Origin: Pseudomonadota bacterium
GTDB taxonomy: Bacteria > Pseudomonadota > Alphaproteobacteria > Geminicoccales > Geminicoccaceae
Assembly (NCBI GenBank): GCA_039197065.1
Contig: JBCCUL010000014.1
Span: 36,119-100,118 of the forward strand
Direction of reading: 5' to 3'
DNA length: 64,000 nucleotides
Shown here: piece by piece, positions 35,541-43,760 of the stretch
How positions within the stretch are numbered: position 1 is the first letter of the stretch
Layout: each line of letters begins with the position of its first letter
Notes under the pieces: model-generated
Told to the model about the DNA's origin: nothing
Database searches by the model: none
What the model saw: only the letters and a program-made list of their open reading frames with translations
Translations under genes and position numbers: made by a program

Positions 35541-35984
35541 ATGACGTCCAACGACACCACCGATGCCAAGATCTACGCTGAGGAATTTCTGGAAATCGCT
35601 CGGGACGGCGTGCCCTATGTCGGCCAGCTCGGTCTTGCGGTCGAGGCCTGGGAGGCCGGCCATGTCAAGGTGCGATTGCCCTATACCGATTTGATCCGCC
35701 GGCCTGGCGGCACCATCTGCGGCCCGGCTCTGATGGGGCTCGCCGATGTCACGCTTTATGGCGTCGTGATGTCCCTCCTTGGCAGGACGGAACTCGCGGT
35801 GACGACCGATCTCAACTTTCATTTTCTCTCGAAACCGGAGCCGACGGATCTGCTTGCCGAGGGGCGCATTCTCAAGCTCGGCCGACGTCTTGCAGTCGGT
35901 GAGGTTTCCATCACGTCGGATGGTAAAACCCAGCCCGTTTGTCAGGCTGTCGGGTCCTATGCCATTCCGCCGACCATCGACTGA
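35541..35984 (+). CDS. PaaI-family (hotdog fold) thioesterase
   Basis: ...HVKVRLPY...GGTICGPALMGLADVTLYGVV...TTDLNFHFL...GRRLAVGEV are typical PaaI/4HBT motifs. Confidence 0.8.
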   Translation: MTSNDTTDAKIYAEEFLEIARDGVPYVGQLGLAVEAWEAGHVKVRLPYTDLIRRPGGTICGPALMGLADVTLYGVVMSLLGRTELAVTTDLNFHFLSKPEPTDLLAEGRILKLGRRLAVGEVSITSDGKTQPVCQAVGSYAIPPTID

Positions 35985-36107
35985 TCGAGCCAAGGCCTCA
36001 CCGTCTTCTGGCCCCTTAGGAAGCGGGCTGGCTCAGCGGAAGCTGCGACCAGCGAACCCGAAACCATGGCCTAGACGGGATAGCCCGGATTTCCTTTGGC
36101 GAACACG

Positions 36108-36136
36108 TTGACTTCGACGCCAAATCGGCCTAACTA
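36108..36136 (+). promoter_or_regulatory. Sigma70-like promoter candidate for rplM-rpsI (TTGACT-N17-TAACTA)
   Basis: -35 TTGACT (36108-36113), a 17-nt spacer, then -10 TAACTA (36131-36136), about 130 nt upstream of the rplM ATG. Confidence 0.4.
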
Positions 36137-36265
36137 CCTCGTCAGCGCTCGGATCGCTTCGATCCGGGCTGTTTCATGTTGGCGTGCTGTCACACGAAAC
36201 ACGCTGAATGTTCCATTCGGCGTCGCAATGGTATGGCGGCACTCGAAGATACGGACGCGGTTTTC

Positions 36266-36742
36266 ATGAAAACCTATTCTGCGACGCCTAGTGATGTCGA
36301 ACGCGGCTGGTATGTCGTCGACGCGGAAGGCTTAGTGCTCGGCCGTCTCGCGGCGCTGGTCGCCGATCGGCTGCGTGGCAAACATAAGCCGATGTACACG
36401 CCGAACATCGACTGCGGTGACCACGTCATCGTTGTCAATGCCGAAAAGATCGGCCTGACCGGCAGCAAGCGCACGCAAAAAACCTACTACCGGCACACCG
36501 GCTATCCCGGCGGCATCAAGAGCACAACGGCGGAGCAGACGCTCAGCGGTGCTCATCCGGAGCGCGTTATCGAAAAGGCTGTCCAGCGCATGCTGCCCAA
36601 GGGGGCCTTGGGGCGTCAGCAGTTCAAGAAGCTCCATGTCTATGGCGGCGCCGAACATCCCCACCAGGGACAGTCGCCGGCTGACCTGAACGTTGCCGAA
36701 CTTAATCGCAAAAATAGCATCAGAGAATCCAGCGATGGCTGA
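36266..36742 (+). CDS. rplM: 50S ribosomal protein L13
   Basis: [62 protein letters not shown] is highly conserved L13 sequence. Start re-assigned from 36176 to the ATG at 36266. Confidence 0.95.
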   Translation: MKTYSATPSDVERGWYVVDAEGLVLGRLAALVADRLRGKHKPMYTPNIDCGDHVIVVNAEKIGLTGSKRTQKTYYRHTGYPGGIKSTTAEQTLSGAHPERVIEKAVQRMLPKGALGRQQFKKLHVYGGAEHPHQGQSPADLNVAELNRKNSIRESSDG

Positions 36743-37238
36743 AAATCCGACCCGCTCCCTGTCCGACCTTAAGGATCTGGCCCAGGCCGTTCCCTCGTCT
36801 CCGACCGCCGAAGCCGATGTTGCGACACCTGCGGAGCCCAAGATTGACGCCCAGGGACGGGCCTATGCGACCGGACGTCGGAAGGAATCGGTGGCGCGCG
36901 TCTGGCTGAAGCCTGGTGCCGGTCGGATTACGGTCAACGGCCGTGATGTCGAGACCTACTTCGCGCGTCCTGTGCTGCGCATGATCATGAACCAGCCGTT
37001 CGAAGCGGCCGGTCGCGCTCAGCAGTTCGACGTTGTCTGCACGGTGAAGGGTGGCGGTCTTTCAGGTCAGGCCGGCGCTGTCCGTCACGGGATCAGCCGG
37101 GCCATGGTCGCCTACGATCCGACGCTCCGCCCCGCCCTCAAGACCGGCGGTTTCCTAACGCGCGATTCGCGCCGGGTCGAGCGCAAGAAGTACGGCCTTG
37201 CCAAAGCGCGTCGGAGCTTCCAGTTCTCGAAGCGCTGA
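36735..37238 (+). CDS. rpsI: 30S ribosomal protein S9
   Basis: ...[25 protein letters not shown]... and the C-terminal ...[24 protein letters not shown] are S9 signatures. The ATG at 36735 overlaps the rplM stop. Confidence 0.95.
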   Translation: MAENPTRSLSDLKDLAQAVPSSPTAEADVATPAEPKIDAQGRAYATGRRKESVARVWLKPGAGRITVNGRDVETYFARPVLRMIMNQPFEAAGRAQQFDVVCTVKGGGLSGQAGAVRHGISRAMVAYDPTLRPALKTGGFLTRDSRRVERKKYGLAKARRSFQFSKR

Positions 37239-37266
37239 GCGTATCGGGTCCAATCTTTTCAAGAGA

Positions 37267-37302
37267 AAGCCGCCTGGCAACCGTCAGGCGGCTTTTTCTT
37301 TT
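37267..37302 (+). terminator. Rho-independent terminator of rplM-rpsI
   Basis: GCCGCCTG-gcaaccgt-CAGGCGGC followed by TTTTTCTTTT. Confidence 0.8.
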
Positions 37303-37423
37303 GGTATGACCAAATCATTTGCTTCCCGCCGCATGTCCTTATCGAACAGGTCGTTCCACCTGTTCGGGGAAAGCTCTCGGTTTTCGAAGGACGCCCCCGG
37401 ATCTTGCGAAGTGGTCGTACGAC

Positions 37424-37639
37424 CTATTGGCCGGAGGCTTGTTTCCGAGGTTCGTAAATGAAGACCTGTCCGCAATAGGGGCAGACCGCACGCTGATCAT
37501 CATCGATCGCCAGATAGACGCGAGGATGTCCGAGCTGTCCGCCGCCGCCGTCGCAGGCGATCGTCTTGCTGTCGACTTTGATGGCTTCGGCCTTAACGTT
37601 CATCGACCGTCCCGCTTGGCTGCTGATATTGAAAGGCAT
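37424..37639 (-). CDS. zf-CHCC zinc-finger small protein (NDUFS6-like zinc-finger domain)
   Basis: MPFNISSQAGRSMNVKAEAIKVDSKTIACDGGGGQLGHPRVYLAIDDDQRAVCPYCGQVFIYE matches the CdGg..lGHPrVyl...v.CpYCg pattern. Only the 3' 216 nt of the 242-aa track ORF (37424-38152) look genuine. That ORF's upstream part overlaps the ribokinase gene on the other strand. Confidence 0.6.
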   Translation of the reverse strand: MPFNISSQAGRSMNVKAEAIKVDSKTIACDGGGGQLGHPRVYLAIDDDQRAVCPYCGQVFIYEPRKQASGQ

Positions 37640-37753
37640 CTTGGATTTCGGCAACTTACGGTAAGGCCCATGAGGTTGACAAGCGGCGCTATCGGCGTCG
37701 GTTAGGCTTGGCGGCGGGCTTTTCATGACGTCGCCCAACAGAGGGGATAGGGG

Positions 37754-38671
37754 ATGCTGCTGGTCTTTGGCTCGCTGAATGCGGATATGCTCTTCAAGGT
37801 CGAGACGCTGCCGCGACCTGGGGAAACGGTGCTCTGTCCCGGCTACGAACTTGCAGCTGGCGGGAAAGGGGCGAACCAGGCGGCTGCAGCGGCCAAAGCA
37901 GGCGCCGATGTCCATATGGTTGGCCATCTGGGCGCCGACAGCTTCGGCGCGTTCACCAGGGAGGTGATGGCTGAAGCAGGCGTGAATTGCGATCGGGTCG
38001 AAACCTCCAAGCAGGCGACCGCGATCGCCGTCATCGGCGTCGATCAGGCGGCGGAAAATCAGATCATCGTGGCGAGCGGCGCCAATCTCGATACTCGTGC
38101 GGATCAGGTTTCGGAGGATCTCTTCGGCGCTGGCATGACAGCGCTTTGTCAAAACGAGATCCGGCAGGACGCCACCTTCGATTTTCTGAAGCGCGCCAAA
38201 GCGGGCGGGTCCCGGACCATCCTCAACCTTGCGCCCGCAGCAATGCTGGAGCCTGGCATGGGCGATCCGATCGATATTCTGGTCGTCAATGAAATCGAGG
38301 CCGCGATGGCAGTCGGCCAGGAGACGATGGGCGACGACGCCCTGGCCTTCGCGAGTGATCTCAGTCGAAAGCTAGTTCTGACCGCGGTGATTACGCTTGG
38401 GGCAGAGGGCGCTGTAGCCGCGGGACCTGATGGGCGATTCAAGGTCGCCAGCCTCGTGATCGAACCCGTCGATACCACGGGTGCCGGCGATGCGTTTGTC
38501 GGCGTTCTCGCAGCAGCGCTCGATCAGGGCGAAGCTCTTCCTCTCGCGCTGCAAAAAGCGAGCGTGGGCGCTGGTCTCGCCTGTACGGGCCTCGGGGCTC
38601 AAACGAGCCAGCCGCTTGCTGCCGACATCCAAAAGCGACTGCAGGAGGTGGCGGTCAACGCTGTCGATTGA
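37754..38671 (+). CDS. rbsK: Ribokinase (PfkB family)
   Basis: GSLNADM...AAGGKGANQAAAAAKAG and the C-terminal DTTGAGDAFVGVLAAAL are ribokinase motifs. Confidence 0.85.
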   Translation: MLLVFGSLNADMLFKVETLPRPGETVLCPGYELAAGGKGANQAAAAAKAGADVHMVGHLGADSFGAFTREVMAEAGVNCDRVETSKQATAIAVIGVDQAAENQIIVASGANLDTRADQVSEDLFGAGMTALCQNEIRQDATFDFLKRAKAGGSRTILNLAPAAMLEPGMGDPIDILVVNEIEAAMAVGQETMGDDALAFASDLSRKLVLTAVITLGAEGAVAAGPDGRFKVASLVIEPVDTTGAGDAFVGVLAAALDQGEALPLALQKASVGAGLACTGLGAQTSQPLAADIQKRLQEVAVNAVD

Positions 38672-38788
38672 CGCGGGGGGAGCCCCTAAAGGCCATAGCC
38701 GGATGTCTCGATAGAACAGAACGCCAAGCCGAGCCGAGGTCCGGCGCCCGGTCGAGGTTAGACCACCAGGTCGAGGTTCGACTTCGGC

Positions 38789-39205
38789 TTATTCGTCTCG
38801 GAACACCTTTTCGCGGCGCTCGTGGCGCTCCTGGGCCTCGATGCTGAGCGTTGCGATTGGGCGTGCCTCCAGGCGCTGAAGGCCGATCGGTTCCTGACTT
38901 TCTTCGCAATAGCCGTAGGAACCATCTTCGATCCGTTCGATGGCGGCGGCGATTTTTGACAGAAGCTTGCGTTCGCGGTCCCTGGCGCGAAGCTGAAAGC
39001 TGCGCTCGGTCTCGAAGGAAGCCCAGTCGCTCATATCGGCGAGGCGATTGTCCTCTTCCTTGAGCTGTTTCAAGGTCTCGTTCGAACCTCTCAGGATCTC
39101 TTCGCGCCAGCCCATCAGCTTGTTGCGAAAATATTCAAGCTGCCGATCGTTCATGTAAGGCTCGTCCTCGCTCGGACGATAGTCCTCGGTGATGAGGTCC
39201 GACAT
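38789..39205 (-). CDS. dksA: RNA polymerase-binding transcription factor DksA (Cys-poor, zinc-finger-less type)
   Basis: Coiled-coil tip ...DMSDWASFETERSFQLRARDRERKLL... and the C-terminal GSYGYCEESQEPIGLQRLEARPIATLSIEAQERHE. Only 1 of the 4 canonical Cys residues is retained. GGAGGA SD upstream. Confidence 0.9.
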   Translation of the reverse strand: MSDLITEDYRPSEDEPYMNDRQLEYFRNKLMGWREEILRGSNETLKQLKEEDNRLADMSDWASFETERSFQLRARDRERKLLSKIAAAIERIEDGSYGYCEESQEPIGLQRLEARPIATLSIEAQERHERREKVFRDE

Positions 39206-39446
39206 GCGTCCTCCAAACGCCTACTACCCAAACGCTTACCATGGCATCGTCATGCAACGCAGCGTCGGATCGCTTCCTGAAACAAACAAGACCCTAACGG
39301 ATCGTTTCCCTAGCTCAGTGCAGCCTCCGGCGCAAGCCGATCCTGCATAGAACGAAAAGATGAAGAAATCGTAAAAAGCGCCGGATAAAAACAGCGTCTA
39401 TGTCGGTCTCAACTGTAGATCAATTGTCGGCCCGAGCTTTGCAATT

Positions 39447-40217
39447 TTATTGTGAGGTGACGTCACGGCAGACCGGGCAGTCTGCGCGACGCTCGACGCC
39501 GATCCGGCTGAACCTTGTGGACAGGCCGTCATAGAGAAGGAGCGTGCCGGACAGACTTTCACCCCGCCCAAGAAGCTCCTTGACCACCTCGACCGCCTGA
39601 AGCGAGCCCATCACGCCGACGACAGGCCCGAGCACGCCGCCTTCGGCGCAGGACGGAATGAGGTCCTCGGGCGGATGGTCGGGGAAGACGCAGCGATAGC
39701 AGGGGTGAGGTGCGCCGAGATGGGCCTTGTAAGTCGAAAGCTGACCCTCGACGCCCTGAACCGCCGCGCTGACCAGGGGCTTTCCGAGATCGAAACAGGT
39801 CTTGTGAACTGCGTCTCTGGTCGAGAAATTATCGGATCCGTCCGCTACGATATCGTAGCGATCGATCAACGCCTTGGCATTGTCCGGTGTCAGCCTTTCC
39901 TCATGGAGCACGATCTCGATCTCGGGATTGAGCGCACCTGCCGTCCGCTTTGCACTCTTCGTCTTGGCGAGACCGACACTCTCGGTCGGATGCGCGATCT
40001 GCCGATGCAGGTTGCTAAGATCGACGGTGTCATCGTCGACGATGCCAAGTCTGCCGATCCCGGCCGCGGCGAGATAAAGAAGGAGCGGTGAGCCCAGACC
40101 TCCGGCGCCGATGACGAGTACGCGGGCATCGAGCAGCTTCGCCTGGCCGGTGCCGCCAACTTCCGGGAGCACGATGTGGCGGGCATAGCGCAGCATCTGT
40201 TGGTCATTGAAGGGCAT
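39447..40217 (-). CDS. moeB: Molybdopterin-synthase adenylyltransferase / ThiF-family E1-like enzyme
   Basis: RYARHIVLPEVGGTGQAKLLDARVLVIGAGGLGSPLLLYLAAAGIG...DDDTVDLSNLHRQ, plus CxxC pairs (CYRC...CPVC). Confidence 0.85.
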   Translation of the reverse strand: MPFNDQQMLRYARHIVLPEVGGTGQAKLLDARVLVIGAGGLGSPLLLYLAAAGIGRLGIVDDDTVDLSNLHRQIAHPTESVGLAKTKSAKRTAGALNPEIEIVLHEERLTPDNAKALIDRYDIVADGSDNFSTRDAVHKTCFDLGKPLVSAAVQGVEGQLSTYKAHLGAPHPCYRCVFPDHPPEDLIPSCAEGGVLGPVVGVMGSLQAVEVVKELLGRGESLSGTLLLYDGLSTRFSRIGVERRADCPVCRDVTSQ

Positions 40218-40335
40218 GGGGCTTCACTGTTTCTGCAGAAGGAAAAGGTGACGCGTTAACGGTTTCTTAAGGTTACCACGATATGAACGTCAGGCGAGGC
40301 GCGATCGATCGTCTCGATGTGCCGGAAAGGATCGG

Positions 40336-40614
40336 ATGGTGGCCGAAGATCCAAAGACCGCTGTTGCACTGGGTTATGAGCGAGGTGGCGAGGACCTTCC
40401 GCGCGTTCTGGCTAAAGGACGAGGTGCGGTCGCCGAGCAGATCATCGCGATCGCCGAAGACAACGGCATCGCCGTGCATCGGGACGAAGATCTGGTGGAA
40501 GTGCTCGATCGGCTGGAGATCGATGCGCCTATCCCTGTCGCCGCCTTCGCCGCCGTGGCCGAAATTCTCGCTCACCTCTACAGGGTCAACGACGACATGG
40601 GCAAGGGATCATGA
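40336..40614 (+). CDS. FlhB C-terminal-domain-like protein (EscU/YscU/HrcU family, stand-alone)
   Basis: AVALGYERGGEDLPRVLAKGRGAVAEQIIAIAEDNGIAVHRDEDLVEVLDRLEIDAPIP matches the cytoplasmic FlhB-C pattern (A.AL.Y......P.v.AKG.g..A..I...A...giP......L...L). Confidence 0.75.
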   Translation: MVAEDPKTAVALGYERGGEDLPRVLAKGRGAVAEQIIAIAEDNGIAVHRDEDLVEVLDRLEIDAPIPVAAFAAVAEILAHLYRVNDDMGKGS

Positions 40615-40946
40615 CTGACATCCCGGAGCCGGCGATGTCGCCATTGATCGAGGAGCTGAAGGCCGTGATTGCCGGCCTCGAGCATGCGAGACGCACCCTT
40701 CACAAAGATGATCCTGTCGAAGCGAGTGAGCTTTGGCTCCGGCTGGAGAGATGCGCCGGCCGCCTCGCCATGCTCGATCGCCAGGAGCGAGATGGCGTCA
40801 AGCCGACCCTGCTTGCGCTCTTGGATGAGCTGGAGCGAACGATCGCAACATTCGGTGCCGAGCACCGTCATCTCGGCGACAAGCTGAAATCTGCAAACCG
40901 CAGCATGGCGGCGGGTGCCGCCTACCGTCAAACCTCTGTGCGTTGA
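40611..40946 (+). CDS. Hypothetical helical/coiled-coil protein inside the flagellar export operon
   Basis: 111 aa. ATGA-coupled to the FlhB-like gene, and it ends 12 nt before fliO. I recognise no family. Confidence 0.45.
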   Translation: MTDIPEPAMSPLIEELKAVIAGLEHARRTLHKDDPVEASELWLRLERCAGRLAMLDRQERDGVKPTLLALLDELERTIATFGAEHRHLGDKLKSANRSMAAGAAYRQTSVR

Positions 40947-40958
40947 AGCTGCATCATC

Positions 40959-41276
40959 ATGATCATGACTGACTATCTCCGATTCTTCGTGGCGCTGATC
41001 ATTGTTTTGGGGCTGATCGCGCTCTTCGCATGGATCGCAAGGCGTTTCCGGCTAGGCGGTCTTGCAGGAGCTTCGATGATGTCCGGTCGCCTTGCAATCG
41101 TCGAGAATTTGCCGATCGATGGGCGCCAACGGCTGGTTCTCATCCGTCGGGATGATCGTGAGAGCCTTGTTCTGATCGGTCAGGATCGATCGCTGGTGAT
41201 CGAAAGCGGTATCGAGAGGCCAAGAGAGCCGGTCGCCGCCATGAAGGCCGTCAAGTCAGCCATGTCGCCGTCATGA
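40959..41276 (+). CDS. fliO: Flagellar biosynthesis protein FliO
   Basis: One TM helix (FFVALIIVLGLIALFAWIA) followed by ...LAIVENLPIDGRQRLVLIRRDDRESLVLIG..., the FliO pattern. ATGA-coupled to fliP. Confidence 0.65.
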   Translation: MIMTDYLRFFVALIIVLGLIALFAWIARRFRLGGLAGASMMSGRLAIVENLPIDGRQRLVLIRRDDRESLVLIGQDRSLVIESGIERPREPVAAMKAVKSAMSPS

Positions 41277-42049
41277 GCCGTATGTCCACATCTGGCGTTT
41301 GGAAGACAGTCGGTCCAGCTGCCTTGATCGTCGGCCTGGCCTCGCCTGCCCTGGGGCAAAGCCTCAACATCGATCTGGCTGAGGGTATCAGCGTCACCAG
41401 TCAGCTCATCCAGCTCGTGGCGCTGGTGACGATCCTGAGCCTTGCGCCCTCGATCATCGTTATGGTGACGTCGTTCACCCGCATCGTCGTGGTTCTCGCC
41501 TTTCTGCGCACGGCGCTCGGGCTGCAGCAGACACCGCCCAATGCGGTGCTGATCTCACTCGCCCTGTTCGCTACAGGGTTCATCATGGCGCCGACGCTCG
41601 AGCAGGTTTACGAGGAGGGACTGGTGCCGCTGCTCGACGAGTCCATCGATGAGAAGGAAGCCTTCGAAAGGGCGGCCATGCCCGTTCGCCGGTTCATGCT
41701 CGAGCATGTAAGAAGTAAAGATCTCGAGCTGTTTCTCGAGCTTTCGACGCCCGGTTCCGATGAGCCGCCGGTATTGGAGAATCCGGACGAAACACCGCTT
41801 CGCGCTCTGATTCCTGCCTTCATGATCAGCGAACTCAGACGCGCTTTCGAGATCGGTTTTCTGATCTTCATCCCGTTCCTGATCATCGACATGGTAATCG
41901 CCTCCGTCCTGATGTCGATGGGTATGATGATGCTGCCTCCGGTGTTGATCTCGATGCCGTTCAAGCTGGTGTTCTTCGTTCTTGTGGACGGTTGGTATCT
42001 GATTATGGGATCGTTGGTGGCGAGCTATGCCGGCAACGGGACGTTTTGA
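41273..42049 (+). CDS. fliP: Flagellar type III export apparatus protein FliP
   Basis: LSLAPSIIVMVTSFTRIVVVLAFLRTALGLQQTPPNAVLISLALF...FMISELRRAFEIGFLIFIPFLIIDMVIASVLMSMGMMMLPP is highly conserved FliP sequence. Confidence 0.95.
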   Translation: MSRMSTSGVWKTVGPAALIVGLASPALGQSLNIDLAEGISVTSQLIQLVALVTILSLAPSIIVMVTSFTRIVVVLAFLRTALGLQQTPPNAVLISLALFATGFIMAPTLEQVYEEGLVPLLDESIDEKEAFERAAMPVRRFMLEHVRSKDLELFLELSTPGSDEPPVLENPDETPLRALIPAFMISELRRAFEIGFLIFIPFLIIDMVIASVLMSMGMMMLPPVLISMPFKLVFFVLVDGWYLIMGSLVASYAGNGTF

Positions 42050-42527
42050 TCTCCTGACCGAAAAGCGCGCATCGGACCAGCCGAAAGCGTCGAACGTCAT
42101 ATCGCGCCAGCATCCTAAGTGGCCACAGCATGCGGAAACCGACGTGATGAGGGCGCTTGGGGCCGGTTCGGAAGGTTATCAACCAATCTCATCATACGGC
42201 AGTCGAGGTCAGACGGAGAAGCGGTCGCTGACCGGTGCGGGGCATCGATCAAGATCGATGACGACGTCTGGGCCGGCTGCAAAACGACCCGAAGGATGAC
42301 CTTGTTCCTGGCATCTGCGTCTTCCCTTGGTGCTTGCGATGTGCCGTATCACGGCGCGCGAAGCCTTCGGGGTTCTTTCCGATCAAGTGGAATCACTTGA
42401 TCGATAAGAAAATGCGGCGAAACAACGAGATAGAGCATCTGTATCGATCGCTTGCGATCGGAAACCGCTCTAGCGTCTGCTCGCGGACAAGGCCATGAAA
42501 TCGTCCGAAAACTTTCTAGGCGGGCAC

Positions 42528-43436
42528 CTAGAGAAAAGGGTGGGGCGGGCGGTCGATCGGGCGGATGAGAAATCGTCCGGCGATCTCGCCATAGCCGCCG
42601 GAATAGCAAAGGCCGCCATTCTCCTTCAGTAGGCTCGAGCGGTGCTGGCGGTAGTACGCCGGCAGCGCCTGCCAGGGGAGGTCGGGCCGACGATGATGGG
42701 CGTGGTGCAGATTGTTATTGAGAAACAGGAGGGAAAAGAACGGTCCCGCCTCGACGATGGCCGTGCGCTCCAGCGGCGTATGGGCGGCTTTGTGTTCGGC
42801 AAACGACCGAAGCAGGGTGAGGCTAAGTCCGGGAAGCACGAAGCAGCCGACATAGGTCCACAAGGACATATCCGCGACCGCGACGATCCATATGACGATC
42901 GGTGCGGCCATCGGAATGTGCAGGAGCCATGTTCTGAGATTCCGGCGATCGCCAGCGATCAGCGCTTTGGTCTCGCTTGTCAGAAACTGGCCTATGACGA
43001 GAAAGGGTCCGAGGAGCAGACGACCGATCAGCGTATTGTGGCAGATCAGCAGGCAGCGAATGGCAAAGGACAGTTGTGACCAACTTTTCTGGTTGACATA
43101 GAACGACTCCGGATCGCGTCTGGGATCCGTCAGAATGTTGATATTGTGGTGTGCGCGATGGGTCGACCGGTAGATGCCATAGGGCAGCCAGAGCGACAGG
43201 GGCGGCAAGGCGATCAGATCATTGAGCCAGCGTTTCTCCGAGAAGTGATCATGGACCGCTTCGTGCTGAAAGGATCCCTGCCAGGCCAGAAGTAAGCCGC
43301 CCAGGGGAATAAGCAACCAAAGCGGGATAACTTGATGAAACCATGTCGCCGTCAACCAGGCGATATAGATGAAACTGGACAGGATCCAGCTGACGAGTTT
43401 GGCATGTCGGCGGTCATGGTCTGCATTTATGTCCAA
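42528..43436 (-). CDS. Membrane fatty-acid desaturase-family protein
   Basis: Three His boxes: HEAVHDH, HRAHHN and HHAHHRRP. TTG start at 43436, with GGAG 8-9 nt upstream and an in-frame stop immediately 5'. Confidence 0.85.
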   Translation of the reverse strand: MDINADHDRRHAKLVSWILSSFIYIAWLTATWFHQVIPLWLLIPLGGLLLAWQGSFQHEAVHDHFSEKRWLNDLIALPPLSLWLPYGIYRSTHRAHHNINILTDPRRDPESFYVNQKSWSQLSFAIRCLLICHNTLIGRLLLGPFLVIGQFLTSETKALIAGDRRNLRTWLLHIPMAAPIVIWIVAVADMSLWTYVGCFVLPGLSLTLLRSFAEHKAAHTPLERTAIVEAGPFFSLLFLNNNLHHAHHRRPDLPWQALPAYYRQHRSSLLKENGGLCYSGGYGEIAGRFLIRPIDRPPHPFL

Positions 43437-43583
43437 TCATCATCTCCGCTGATATCATGATGTCGACTGAAGGCCTTTTTCAGCCCGTTTTTCTTCGGCA
43501 AATACATGGAGGCTCGCTAAGTTATTCTTCTCGCTTTTCGGAGCCTCATTCAAAAAAGAATACAATAGAAGTCCCGCTTTTTC

Positions 43584-43618
43584 CTAATCAAAATGCGATA
43601 TCGCTGCTTTTTGATTAG
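43584..43618. promoter_or_regulatory. Composite palindrome CTAATCAAAA-tGCGATATCGCtgc-TTTTTGATTAG in an AT-rich divergent intergenic region
   Basis: Read directly: 10-11-bp outer arms with an inner perfect palindrome GCGATATCGC. It lies between the desaturase start (43436) and the ABC binding-protein start (43761). Confidence 0.35.
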
Positions 43619-43760
43619 CATCATCGTACCTGTGTTCCGCTGTTGACAGCCCTTGGCGATTCCTTAGGCTTGGCATTAATCATATTGAAGCAGAGCGTCC
43701 GTAACTTCCGAAAGCTAAAGGAGGCGCGATGCATCATCAGTACAGCTGGGAGAGAACATC

